Shown piece by piece: positions 50,455 through 59,840 of a DNA stretch of 64,000 nucleotides (its first letter is position 1; each line of letters begins with the position of its first letter). Source of the DNA: an uncultured Desulfosarcina sp. GTDB lineage: Bacteria > Desulfobacterota > Desulfobacteria > Desulfobacterales > Desulfosarcinaceae. The stretch spans positions 32,001 through 96,000 of the forward strand of contig CAXXWQ010000003.1 in the NCBI GenBank assembly GCA_963674945.2. The letters are read 5' to 3'. The notes below the pieces were generated by a model that saw nothing but the letters and a program-made list of their open reading frames with translations, was not told the DNA's origin and searched no databases. The position numbers and the translations under genes are program-made.

Positions 50455-51774
50455 TCACGCCTTGACGACATTTTCCACATGATCGGTGTACACGCCCCGC
50501 GTATCCACGATGAGCCGTGCGTGGCGCAAGATCAACTCGTAATCGAAACAGTCATGGTTGGTGGCCACGACGACGCAGTCGGCCAATTCGAGGACCTCTG
50601 CGGTAAGTTCCGTCGAAGTCAGGTCGAAATCGTATTTGCGCATCTTCTTGAACTTGGGAATATAGGGGTCCGCGTAGGAAATCACGGCCCCTTTTTTCTG
50701 CAGCAGGGATATGATCTCCATGGATGGAGATTCACGGTCGTCGTCCACATTCTTTTTATACGCCAGTCCCAACATCAGGATGTCGGCACCTTTTAGCGAT
50801 TGTCCACGTTCATTCAGGGCATCCATTATCCTGGTGACGACATACTGGGGCATGGACGTGTTGACCTCGCCCGCCAGTTCGATAAAGCGCGTGTTTATCC
50901 CGTATTCACGGGCTTTCCAGGTCAGGTAAAACGGATCGATGGGAATGCAATGCCCCCCGAGTCCCGGTCCCGGATAAAACGGGGTGAAGCCGAAGGGTTT
51001 GGTGGAGGCGGCCCGGATGACTTCGTAAATATCTATGCCCATTCGGTCGGCCACGACCTTCAGTTCGTTGACCAGCCCGATGTTCACCGAGCGGTAGATA
51101 TTTTCCAGCAGTTTGGTCATCTCCGCCGTCATGGTGGAGGAGACCAGTACGACACGCTCGATGACCGATTGATACAGGGCCTTGCCGACGGCAAGGCAGT
51201 TTTCGGTTTCTCCGCCGCAGACCTTGGGAATGGTATGGGTGGTAAAATCCGGATTTCCCGGATCTTCTCGTTCCGGTGAATACACCAGAAACATGTCTTC
51301 ACCGATAGTGAAACCGGCATTTTCTAAGGGCGGACGGATCACCTCCGTTGTCGTTCCGGGATAGGTCGTACTCTCCAGGGAAACCATCTGTCCCTTTCTC
51401 AAATGGGGCAGGATGGTCGCAATGCTCGAAACAACGAATGAAAGATCCGGTTCGCGATGGTTGTTGAGCGGTGTTGGCACGCACAGCAGGATCGCATCGG
51501 CCTGGGTTGCTCTGGAAAAATCGGTGGTGGCATCAAGCAGGTCTTTTTCGATCGCCGCTCGTATCCTGCCTTCATCGATGTGCCGGATGTAGGATCTTCC
51601 TGCCAGCAGTGCTTTTTCCTTTGCGGGGTCGATGTCCATTCCGAGCACCGAAAAGCCGACCTCAGCGAAACGCAGTGCCAAAGGAAGTCCGACGTAACCC
51701 AATCCAACGATGCCGATGATGGCACGGCGGTCGGCAAAATTTTGTACCAAGGTGTTGACGAAAGAATCGTTCAT
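50455..51774 (-). CDS. UDP-N-acetylhexosamine 6-dehydrogenase (WbpA-like)
   Basis: [28 protein letters not shown] and GGHCIP motifs. Confidence 0.94.
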   Translation of the reverse strand: MNDSFVNTLVQNFADRRAIIGIVGLGYVGLPLALRFAEVGFSVLGMDIDPAKEKALLAGRSYIRHIDEGRIRAAIEKDLLDATTDFSRATQADAILLCVPTPLNNHREPDLSFVVSSIATILPHLRKGQMVSLESTTYPGTTTEVIRPPLENAGFTIGEDMFLVYSPEREDPGNPDFTTHTIPKVCGGETENCLAVGKALYQSVIERVVLVSSTMTAEMTKLLENIYRSVNIGLVNELKVVADRMGIDIYEVIRAASTKPFGFTPFYPGPGLGGHCIPIDPFYLTWKAREYGINTRFIELAGEVNTSMPQYVVTRIMDALNERGQSLKGADILMLGLAYKKNVDDDRESPSMEIISLLQKKGAVISYADPYIPKFKKMRKYDFDLTSTELTAEVLELADCVVVATNHDCFDYELILRHARLIVDTRGVYTDHVENVVKA

Positions 51775-51960
51775 TGTCTTTTCTAAAGGTTACAATTGAG
51801 AAATGGGGTCTGTTTTAGCTCTTATTTGGCTTTCACGGTTGGCTGTATAGACGGTCTAAACATTCAATTATAAGAGTTCGAGGATAACTCATGCGCCTGA
51901 GAAGTTTTCTGCGAACATCACCACCCGCTTGGGGGCAGCACAGAGTTCTTTTCATTTCAA

Positions 51961-53682
51961 TCACGGTTGATGCATCAACACATAAATAAAACAACCTCGC
52001 CTTCCAACTGCATTTTCGTCACCAGACAAACCCGAATCCTTTCCTGTACCGTCACCGTCGATCTCTTTCGGCAGGTCGCCTTTCACCACGGCGTTCGGAT
52101 CATGGGTGACGGCAACAACGACATCGTCCGTATCGGTGGCACCCAGACTGTCCGTGACGCGAAGCTGAAATATCATCGACGTGCCTTCCGCCAGATCGGG
52201 AATGGTAATCTCGGTGACAGGATTGTGCGGATTGCCGATTGTGACGACGGGTCCTTCCAACTGCTTCCATTGATAGGCGGCAATGGAAGCGCCGTCCGGA
52301 TCGATCCCGGCACCCGCCAGCGTTCCAATACTTCCCGAAAGAGCTACCTGATCGCCTCCGGCATTTGCCGTCGGCGCGGTGTTGAGCGGCTCGATTCCGG
52401 TGATGGCCACCTGTGAGGTACGATCCCATAGATACGACCCCGTGCTGAAGGCGTTGGTGGTATCGTAGTATCCATCATAGGATCCGGATTGACCGAAATT
52501 GATGTGGATCTTATCCGTCGGACCTTTCTGGTAACCATCCACGACGGTCTCATGCCCGCCGGAATAATCCGCAAGAAAGATCGAAAGGATCACCGGTCTC
52601 GGAGGATCCGCATCCAGTTCGGATGTAAACAGCGAAAACCATTGGTCGGAGGTATAATTGGAACGATGGTGCTCTTCCATGGAGGGGGTATACCGAAAAT
52701 AGACGTCGAGAATATCATCGGCAAACGCAGCGCTGCTGGAAGCCTTGCATCCGTAAGCCATGTTTGTGGCAATCCCCATATCCGATATCAGCTGCGCCAC
52801 TGCCTCGATTTCCGATGTGCCGGACCGGCTGTCCAATGCCCTCGGCATGAGATCCCACTGGTACGCATGGGAAAAATTGGCGCTCAGCGTGATCGTCGAA
52901 CCGTTTGACGCCTGCCACGAATAGGAATGAGAACCGGTTCCTTTGGGCGGCCAGTTCCAATAGGCGGCAAGTTGTGCAAATGCCGTGGCGACACAGCCGG
53001 TCAATGTGTGCGCACAGCCACCATCTGCGGGAGTGAAAGAATTATAGGGATCGAATTGTCCCCAGGAGGTCATGAGAACCGGCCCGACCGACTCCATATT
53101 TTCACCCGATACGGACTGGCTGCCGGTGAAATCGTCGGCACCCGAAGAAAAGTCAACAGGATCCGTTTCGGAATACAATCTCCATGCCCCCGCAATCCTT
53201 TTCCTTGAATCTGTCGATGCAGCGGTTTGCAGATCGAGTTGGATTTCCCCATCATCGTTTCCGGCATCGGCGATATTCTCGAAAATCTCACGTGCGATCC
53301 ATGATTCGAGGGAGCCTATGATTTCAATGCGATCCTCTTGAAAATCGGATGTCTCCGAATAAAGAAGAACCGGACTGCTGCCGAAATGACCCGCGATCAA
53401 AACATGCCCTGCCGGTGAAACCTCAAAATTGAATGCAATGCGTTTTCCACCAAAAATGATTTCATTTCCTTCGATAATTTCGGCGGCAGCGGAATTTCCC
53501 CATTTGCCGTAGTGCGATACGTGGTATCGGACAGTATTTTCTGCGACGACCCTTGCCAGCTCTTCGCTTACGACCTCACCATGGCAAGGTGCAACGAAAA
53601 CAGTGACAATGATCCATCCATAAAGCCAATACAAACCGAATTTCCATCCAGAAACAGGAAAATTTAATATAGAACGAATCAC
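51961..53682 (-). CDS. C10 (streptopain-like) cysteine peptidase with a PKD-like domain and a CFI C-terminus
   Basis: WGQ..PYN, TGCVATA, GH..VVDGY and HINFG motifs. APTANAGGDQ starts an Ig-like domain. The protein ends GRRGCFIYVLMHQP. Confidence 0.88.
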   Translation of the reverse strand: MIRSILNFPVSGWKFGLYWLYGWIIVTVFVAPCHGEVVSEELARVVAENTVRYHVSHYGKWGNSAAAEIIEGNEIIFGGKRIAFNFEVSPAGHVLIAGHFGSSPVLLYSETSDFQEDRIEIIGSLESWIAREIFENIADAGNDDGEIQLDLQTAASTDSRKRIAGAWRLYSETDPVDFSSGADDFTGSQSVSGENMESVGPVLMTSWGQFDPYNSFTPADGGCAHTLTGCVATAFAQLAAYWNWPPKGTGSHSYSWQASNGSTITLSANFSHAYQWDLMPRALDSRSGTSEIEAVAQLISDMGIATNMAYGCKASSSAAFADDILDVYFRYTPSMEEHHRSNYTSDQWFSLFTSELDADPPRPVILSIFLADYSGGHETVVDGYQKGPTDKIHINFGQSGSYDGYYDTTNAFSTGSYLWDRTSQVAITGIEPLNTAPTANAGGDQVALSGSIGTLAGAGIDPDGASIAAYQWKQLEGPVVTIGNPHNPVTEITIPDLAEGTSMIFQLRVTDSLGATDTDDVVVAVTHDPNAVVKGDLPKEIDGDGTGKDSGLSGDENAVGRRGCFIYVLMHQP

Positions 53683-53895
53683 GAGGAAAATCTTTTCAGT
53701 CGCGATATCACTCTCAACATAAAGTGCCGTCCTACCTTTTCGGCCACACTAGTGAAGAGAACTATGAGAAAAGAGTATAGCTCCGCTTCCTGGCTTACAT
53801 GGAGGCATCCAAATATTGATTATGATATCAGATGGTTTGTTATATTTTGAATCACATCCCCTGTTGGGAATGAATGACATTGTATATTGCTTGAA

Positions 53896-53924
53896 TGTTA
53901 GGGTTTGATTATGGATCGGTTAGG
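53896..53924 (-). promoter_or_regulatory. 11-bp-period box triplet upstream of the C10 peptidase gene
   Basis: TGTTAGG at 53896, GATTATG at 53907 and GGTTAGG at 53918. Confidence 0.55.
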
Positions 53925-54140
53925 ATATAAATAATCAAAATAGGACAAATTGATCAGAAGAACCTACAAACTTGGTAGACTTTGGTTTTTTCCATATGGT
54001 CAGCGAGTACACTAAAAGCAAGTAATTTTTTACTCACCACTTTAATGGGAAAAAGAGACAATGACTTGTCGATACCGGCCAATTGACTTTCATTGGAAAA
54101 ATATTAGCGGCATATAAACATAATTTGAGATTTTACAGTT

Positions 54141-56255
54141 TTAGCTTTTGGATTCCATTTTCTGTAACATGGATTCTGCATGATCCCGGCCCATAAACGG
54201 TGTATCGCCGCTGGTCGCGGTTTTCAGCTTTTCGATGGCCCCTTTTGTGTCCCCGGCCTTTTTCAAAACCATTCCCATGTGGTAGTTAACGACAGGATCT
54301 TCGGGAGCGGCTGTGATCAGTTGCTCATACAATTGAAGTGCCTGCTCGGTATCGCCTTTTTTGTAGTGAATCCATCCGAAGGTATCGATGATGGACGCCT
54401 GACCCGGTTTCATGCGATACGCGGCGGCGGCGATCTTCTCGGCCCTGTCCAACGGTGCCGAGGAAGAGGCCTGATCCGCCAGCAAGAATGCCAGACGGTT
54501 TGCGGCGCCCCAGAATCCGGGCACCTGCTTTATTCCTTTTTCGTAAATATCGATCGCCGCGTCATACTTGGATTTCTCCTCGTACAGCCGCCCCAGTGCC
54601 ATATAAGCCGTGGAATTTTTCGGGTTCCAGTCCAACGCCGCCTCGAAATGTTTGATGGCCTGGTCCTTTTTGTTTTGCAGCAGGAAGAGTGCGGCAAGAT
54701 TGTTGCTCGGCTCGGGCCACATTGGATCGATCTCGGCCGCCTTTTCGAATTCCTTTTGCGCGGCTATGTATTTCTTCATTTTGGTGGAAACCACACCCTT
54801 CAGATTATGGGCAAAGGCCTCTTGGGGAATTTTTTCCAACCTCTCGTCACACATGGCCAGGGCTTGGTCGTAGTGTTCATCGGCAAGTAAAAGGGATGCA
54901 AGCTGGGTGGTAATTGCCTGATTGTTCTCGACTATCGCGATTCCTTTTTTCAATTGCGCGATAGCTTTCTCCTTATCCCCCTGCCGTAAATAGAGTCTCG
55001 CCAGCCGGCTGTAACCGAGATCGGACTGAGGAACCTTCAGCAAGATCTCGCTGTACTCCCGCCGCGCTGCGTCTTCATCATTGAGCAGGAGATAAAAATC
55101 CCCCAGCTGTGCCTGCGCGGCGATGGCTTTGGGATTTTTCTCCACGATCTTTCGAAGATGGGTCTCGGCCCTCTTATAATCTTTGGTGGCGAGGCTGACG
55201 CGAACCATGGCCATATGCAGATCGGCATTTTCCGGGGCCACGGCCAATCCTCGCAGCACTGTCTCCTTTGCTTGCTCCGCCTGCCGATTTCGGGTGTAGG
55301 CATCGGCAAGGAGAAGATATACGTCCGGGTCTTCGGGCCTTACTCCCAGGATCCGCTGAAAATCGACCACGGCCCCATTTGCATCGCCGGAAGCCGCCAA
55401 CGCCTTTCCCCGCGTGACCAATGCCGGAATGTTGTCGGGGTCCATATCCAATACCTCTTGTGCGTATTTTTTCACTGCCGGATAGTCCCTTGCCGTCAAA
55501 TGGATTCCCGCCAGGGCGTTTGTGAGGTCGATTCGTCCGCCTTCGGTCGGATTGGCATCATGCGACAACCCTTTTTGCATTAGCTCCACGGCCTCTTGGG
55601 CTTTTTCGGTTTTCAGATACAATTCCCCCAAGGCAAGACGAAGCGTTGCATCGCTATCCTTGGAATCGAGTCCCTGCCGCAAGATTTTCTCGGCACGTTC
55701 GATTTTCTTTTGCTCCAGATAAAAATTGGCTACGGCGATTCGCCTCATCGCATCCACCGGATCATCTTCTATGACATGTTCCAGAATTTCATCTGCTTCA
55801 GCCCCCCTTTTCTGGGCAATCAGCGCAGAGGCTTGGATCAACGCGGCATCCCGGTTCGCCGGATCATGCTCATGAACAGCCTTTGCCAGTGTCATCGCCT
55901 CTGCCGGCCGGCCGGCGGTCAGGAACATCCGTCCTAATGCAAGTTGGGATTTGACATGGGTTGGATCGGCGGAGACCGCCTTGGCAAAATATGCCGCGGC
56001 GCTCTTTGCATCTTTTTCAAATTGGGCCATACGCCCCAACAAAAAGTAGGCATCTGCATAGTCGGGATATCTTTCGATGGCTTGATTCAGGTATTCCTTC
56101 GCTTTTTCATAATCGGTTGCATCGAACGCCGCCTGTCCTCTTTTGAAATATTTTCGCGACTTTCGGCCCGGCCCGTCGGCCGCCACGGCAGACAGCGCCA
56201 AAATCGTTGCAATGACAAGGAGTATAATAATCGTGACGGTTCTTTTTTTATTCAT
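54141..56255 (-). CDS. Second long TPR protein (PrsT-like paralog, Sec signal, no lipobox)
   Basis: TPR array. C-terminal AANRLAFLL...DTFGWIHYK...VNYHMG parallels ORF 27520-29943. Confidence 0.87.
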   Translation of the reverse strand: MNKKRTVTIIILLVIATILALSAVAADGPGRKSRKYFKRGQAAFDATDYEKAKEYLNQAIERYPDYADAYFLLGRMAQFEKDAKSAAAYFAKAVSADPTHVKSQLALGRMFLTAGRPAEAMTLAKAVHEHDPANRDAALIQASALIAQKRGAEADEILEHVIEDDPVDAMRRIAVANFYLEQKKIERAEKILRQGLDSKDSDATLRLALGELYLKTEKAQEAVELMQKGLSHDANPTEGGRIDLTNALAGIHLTARDYPAVKKYAQEVLDMDPDNIPALVTRGKALAASGDANGAVVDFQRILGVRPEDPDVYLLLADAYTRNRQAEQAKETVLRGLAVAPENADLHMAMVRVSLATKDYKRAETHLRKIVEKNPKAIAAQAQLGDFYLLLNDEDAARREYSEILLKVPQSDLGYSRLARLYLRQGDKEKAIAQLKKGIAIVENNQAITTQLASLLLADEHYDQALAMCDERLEKIPQEAFAHNLKGVVSTKMKKYIAAQKEFEKAAEIDPMWPEPSNNLAALFLLQNKKDQAIKHFEAALDWNPKNSTAYMALGRLYEEKSKYDAAIDIYEKGIKQVPGFWGAANRLAFLLADQASSSAPLDRAEKIAAAAYRMKPGQASIIDTFGWIHYKKGDTEQALQLYEQLITAAPEDPVVNYHMGMVLKKAGDTKGAIEKLKTATSGDTPFMGRDHAESMLQKMESKS

Positions 56256-56284
56256 TTTTCCTCGGTTTCATTATTCCGCAATTG

Positions 56285-56980
56285 TCAGTCCCGAATCACC
56301 TGTTCATCGATCTGGTCCAGGTACTCCTGAACGATTTTTTCCAGTTCCACCTTCTTGATCTGTGTGAACGGCTCCACGCTGAGAAGTGATTTTGAAAACG
56401 CGCCATCTTCATCGTATCGAGCGAGGATGGATTGCGCCGTTGCGGCCATTTTTTGGTTGTGTTTCAGGTATCGTTCCCGGGTTCGTTGGGAGAATTGAAG
56501 TTCCGATGTAAGCTCGGCGACATTATCATTCAACGTGATAATTGTATCATCCCGTTCGGCGATGGTTTTCCTCGCCTGAAGGTATTCCTCCGTCAATTCA
56601 CCGTGCTTTTTCTTCCAATTCCCAATTGTTCGTTTCAAGTCATCGATACGTGCTTCCAGGGCCTTTGCCTCCTCCTTCACTTCACTCTTGGCCGCCTTCA
56701 GCGCCGCCAACTCTTCGGCCAGCGCCTCCGCCTTCATCTCCGCCTGACGCTTCAACCCCTCCACCGTCAGCTTTGCCCGTTGCATTGCCGCGGTCTGGGC
56801 TTTCTGGGCGGTGTACTTCTGATGGAGCAGTTTGGCCCGGTGCTCCATATTCTCGAGTTCCTTGGTCTGGGCCGTATGCGCCTCGTTGAGGGAATAGAGG
56901 CTGTATCCGAGATATCCGATGAATAGGATCAGAAGCGTAAGTCCGGCGATGAAAATCTTTTTTTTTCTAGAATCGGGCAT
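56285..56980 (-). CDS. Membrane-anchored coiled-coil protein of the TonB/porin cluster
   Basis: N-terminal TM, a long heptad region and a C-terminal EPFTQIKKVELE..VQEY.D segment. Confidence 0.75.
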   Translation of the reverse strand: MPDSRKKKIFIAGLTLLILFIGYLGYSLYSLNEAHTAQTKELENMEHRAKLLHQKYTAQKAQTAAMQRAKLTVEGLKRQAEMKAEALAEELAALKAAKSEVKEEAKALEARIDDLKRTIGNWKKKHGELTEEYLQARKTIAERDDTIITLNDNVAELTSELQFSQRTRERYLKHNQKMAATAQSILARYDEDGAFSKSLLSVEPFTQIKKVELEKIVQEYLDQIDEQVIRD

Positions 56981-58553
56981 TTATATCCACCTGTAACGTA
57001 TCCACTCCCAATTGGGGGCCTTCGATCTCATCGGAAGAGAGCCATCGTGTGGTCAACCAGACATTTCGATAGAGGCCGTACTCGAATTTCAAGATCCAGC
57101 CCTTTGCGTTGGTTCCGCCCAAATGAAAATCGGAGTCGGTAAAGGCGTCGAGGACCGCATCCGCCCCAAGATGTTTGTATTTGATACCGGCATTCCATTC
57201 CCCCTGGTTGAAGATTTTCGGATAACCGATGGTGGCGCCCGTCATGTAACCGTCCGTATCCTCTACGGGATCTTCGTTGCCCGTGACGAGGGCCACCCGA
57301 TCGCTGTCGAAACCCAAATTCTTCACGTACTGCCCCTCGAGAACGATCTGAACCGGATAGAAAATCCCGAAATCGGCCGTCAGGTAAACGTCAAGAATAT
57401 TGTAATCCGTTGCCAGGGCGGTTGTAATGGAGGATGTTGGATCGATGTCCATGAGAGTATTTCCCTTTTGCTGGAACAAAGGGGCGGTATAGTCGTTGAG
57501 TCCGGGTCGGGTCGGGTCGTTCTGTATTCCTTCGATCCGTTGGTAATCATAATATGCGGTTGCCAATGCAAAGGTCATGTCGTAGCGGGGTTGGAAGGTG
57601 AAGCCGATTTGTGCCCCCCAAAACCACTTGTCCCGACTGGTGAACGCTTCTTCCTGTAAAGGAAAAATACCGGCGGTAGCGAACATATTCAATGGCCGCA
57701 TCTGTTCCGTGTCTGTCTCGTAGCCAATCGCGGCACCTTCGAAATTCAAGTCGGAATCCCACACCAGATCCGAAGAGAACCAGGGATTGGCAAACCTGCC
57801 ACCGGTGATGCTCACCCGGGGCATGCGCTTCCATTTGGGGTTGATGGGTTGCCAACTATACTTGAGATAGGCGCGATCGAAGACGAAGCTGTCCCGGTTT
57901 AAATAGTCCCCCATGGTCTCATTGGTAGAAACCGGATCCTTTTCGTTGCCGGTGGTAAAGCGGAACCCCGCCTCCATCTTGCCGACGTTTACATCCCTGA
58001 AGTCGAGGAGTTTGGCCTTCATTCCAATTCGGGCCCGGTAGCGATAACGGTGGCGATCTTCGGTGGAATTGAGCAGCTCTTCCGGGTCATCCGGCCGGAC
58101 GAAAATCGCGTTTCCTTCGGCAAAATTATCCCCCTGGTACCGCAACCGCACATCACCGCTGATTTTGATCCGCTGGGCCCATTCGGATTTGACGGATCGT
58201 TCGAGAAGGGTATTGAGCGGACCTTCTTCCATGTCGTCCACGCGCCGTTGCAAGAGTCGATGGTCGGCCATCATGGCTTCTTGGACCCGATTGGGTCGGC
58301 TCTCCAGGCTGCGAAGTTCTTCCTTGGTGGACGGCTCCGCCACCTCCACCCCTTCGGCCTCCGAAGCCATCTGTTGGAGCAGGCCGAGTGCTTCCGTTTC
58401 GGTGATGATCCCTTTTGCCTTGAGCAGTTGGATAATCGCCCGGGTTTGACTGTCGGGCAGGTAATCGGGAGTTTCCTCGGCCCAAGGGATGGAAGGAAAC
58501 AAAAAAATGATGAGAGAAAAGAAAAAAAAACATGCTGCAATGGGTCTTGTCAT
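56967..58553 (-). CDS. Putative porin (Porin_5-like) with an N-terminal coiled coil
   Basis: GDVRLRY, PVSTN.T, DAFTDSDFHLGGTN and a C-terminal QVDINARF. Confidence 0.85.
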   Translation of the reverse strand: MTRPIAACFFFFSLIIFLFPSIPWAEETPDYLPDSQTRAIIQLLKAKGIITETEALGLLQQMASEAEGVEVAEPSTKEELRSLESRPNRVQEAMMADHRLLQRRVDDMEEGPLNTLLERSVKSEWAQRIKISGDVRLRYQGDNFAEGNAIFVRPDDPEELLNSTEDRHRYRYRARIGMKAKLLDFRDVNVGKMEAGFRFTTGNEKDPVSTNETMGDYLNRDSFVFDRAYLKYSWQPINPKWKRMPRVSITGGRFANPWFSSDLVWDSDLNFEGAAIGYETDTEQMRPLNMFATAGIFPLQEEAFTSRDKWFWGAQIGFTFQPRYDMTFALATAYYDYQRIEGIQNDPTRPGLNDYTAPLFQQKGNTLMDIDPTSSITTALATDYNILDVYLTADFGIFYPVQIVLEGQYVKNLGFDSDRVALVTGNEDPVEDTDGYMTGATIGYPKIFNQGEWNAGIKYKHLGADAVLDAFTDSDFHLGGTNAKGWILKFEYGLYRNVWLTTRWLSSDEIEGPQLGVDTLQVDINARF

Positions 58554-58593
58554 GAATGAACTCCTGATAGCACTTCCACAATGCGGTAAAAGA

Positions 58594-59286
58594 TTATCCC
58601 TTGGCGGAAATTTTAAGCTTGATAACCCTGGGCATTCCCCGGGGTGGCGGCTCGCTGATTTCCGCTAAATTCAGAGCTTTCAGTACGGCATCATCCAACT
58701 TGGGATCTCCGGATGATCGGGCAAGATTGAAATCTACAATCTTTCCCAATTCATCCAGCTCGATTTGAACCAGTGCCTTCAGGTTTCCATCGGGAATGCC
58801 ACCGTTCTGCTCCATGAGGCGATTCATTCGCTTTCGGAGCTCATCTTGAATAATGCGTGTATACCAGGCATAGCGCCGCATGATAGATGCATCGCTGGCT
58901 GATCCGCCGATGAGGGCGCGCCCCCCCCTGTTCGCCTTCAGGCCAAAGGCATCCGAACCGGCGGTACCTTCGGCGTCCAGCCCCAAGTCCTCTCCCGGTG
59001 GCGGCTCGTCCGACTGATCCTCTGCCTGATCCGGTGGCGTCTCCTCCGGCTCCTGCTCGATGATCTCCTCCTTCTTCACCTCCGGTTCGGGTGGTTTTTC
59101 TTTTATTTTTGGCGGCGGCGGCGGTTTGACCACCGTAACCATTTGAATCCTTCGCTTTCTTCTCTTGGCATCATCTTGAAGCAAGAATTTGACGGCAAAC
59201 ACGGCCCCGGCAATGAAAAGAACGGCGACACAGGCGCCCACCGCACCATAGAGGATTTTCGTGTTTGGTTTCTTTTTCTCTGACAT
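58594..59286 (-). CDS. tonB: TonB-family energy transducer
   Basis: TM anchor, Pro/Glu-rich linker (KPPPPPKIKEKPPEPE) and a C-terminal domain (RSSGDPKLDDAV). Confidence 0.85.
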   Translation of the reverse strand: MSEKKKPNTKILYGAVGACVAVLFIAGAVFAVKFLLQDDAKRRKRRIQMVTVVKPPPPPKIKEKPPEPEVKKEEIIEQEPEETPPDQAEDQSDEPPPGEDLGLDAEGTAGSDAFGLKANRGGRALIGGSASDASIMRRYAWYTRIIQDELRKRMNRLMEQNGGIPDGNLKALVQIELDELGKIVDFNLARSSGDPKLDDAVLKALNLAEISEPPPRGMPRVIKLKISAKG

Positions 59287-59426
59287 GCCCGTATTTTCCC
59301 CGTTAAATGATTGTTCGGTATTTTCATCCAATCTACCGTCGGTCACCGATTACACGAAGATTATTTGAAATATGTTAGGAAAATAAATCAGGGTCGTTTG
59401 GAATATCGTATGGGGAATGAACTATC

Positions 59427-59834
59427 TTATTTCACAAGCTTTTGGGTAACCAACCCCATCTGGGTAATCTCCAGCGTCTGCATCAGGTCCAGCACTTCCA
59501 CCACACGTTCGTAGTAGATCTTGGCGTCCCCTTTGATCACCACGGGAAAATCGGGATCCACGGCCTTGTACTGCCGCAGGCGGCTCTCCAGCTCGGCGAT
59601 GGTCACCGGATATGCGTCCAGGTAAAGCTGGCCGTTGCCGTGGATTGTAATGGCCTTGGTCTTTGGCTTTACCAGGCTGGGCGTATTGCTGGCCTTGGGC
59701 AGGTTGACCTTGATTCCCTGGACCGATGCGGTGACGGCGATGATGAACACCACCAGAAGCGTCCAGGCCAGGTCCAGAAGCGGTGTGACGTTAATCTCGT
59801 CGTAGCCTTGCAGATCGAACAGATCCCGTCTCAT
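59427..59834 (-). CDS. exbD: ExbD/TolR biopolymer transport protein
   Basis: INVTPLLDL..LLVVFII, VNLPKA and IKGD motifs. Confidence 0.93.
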   Translation of the reverse strand: MRRDLFDLQGYDEINVTPLLDLAWTLLVVFIIAVTASVQGIKVNLPKASNTPSLVKPKTKAITIHGNGQLYLDAYPVTIAELESRLRQYKAVDPDFPVVIKGDAKIYYERVVEVLDLMQTLEITQMGLVTQKLVK

Positions 59835-59840
59835 GATCGC

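Noticed and set aside
51775..51960. Riboswitch or ops/JUMPstart element at the head of the EPS operon
   Set aside because: No convincing match to c-di-GMP riboswitch or ops consensus by eye. An Rfam search would be needed.
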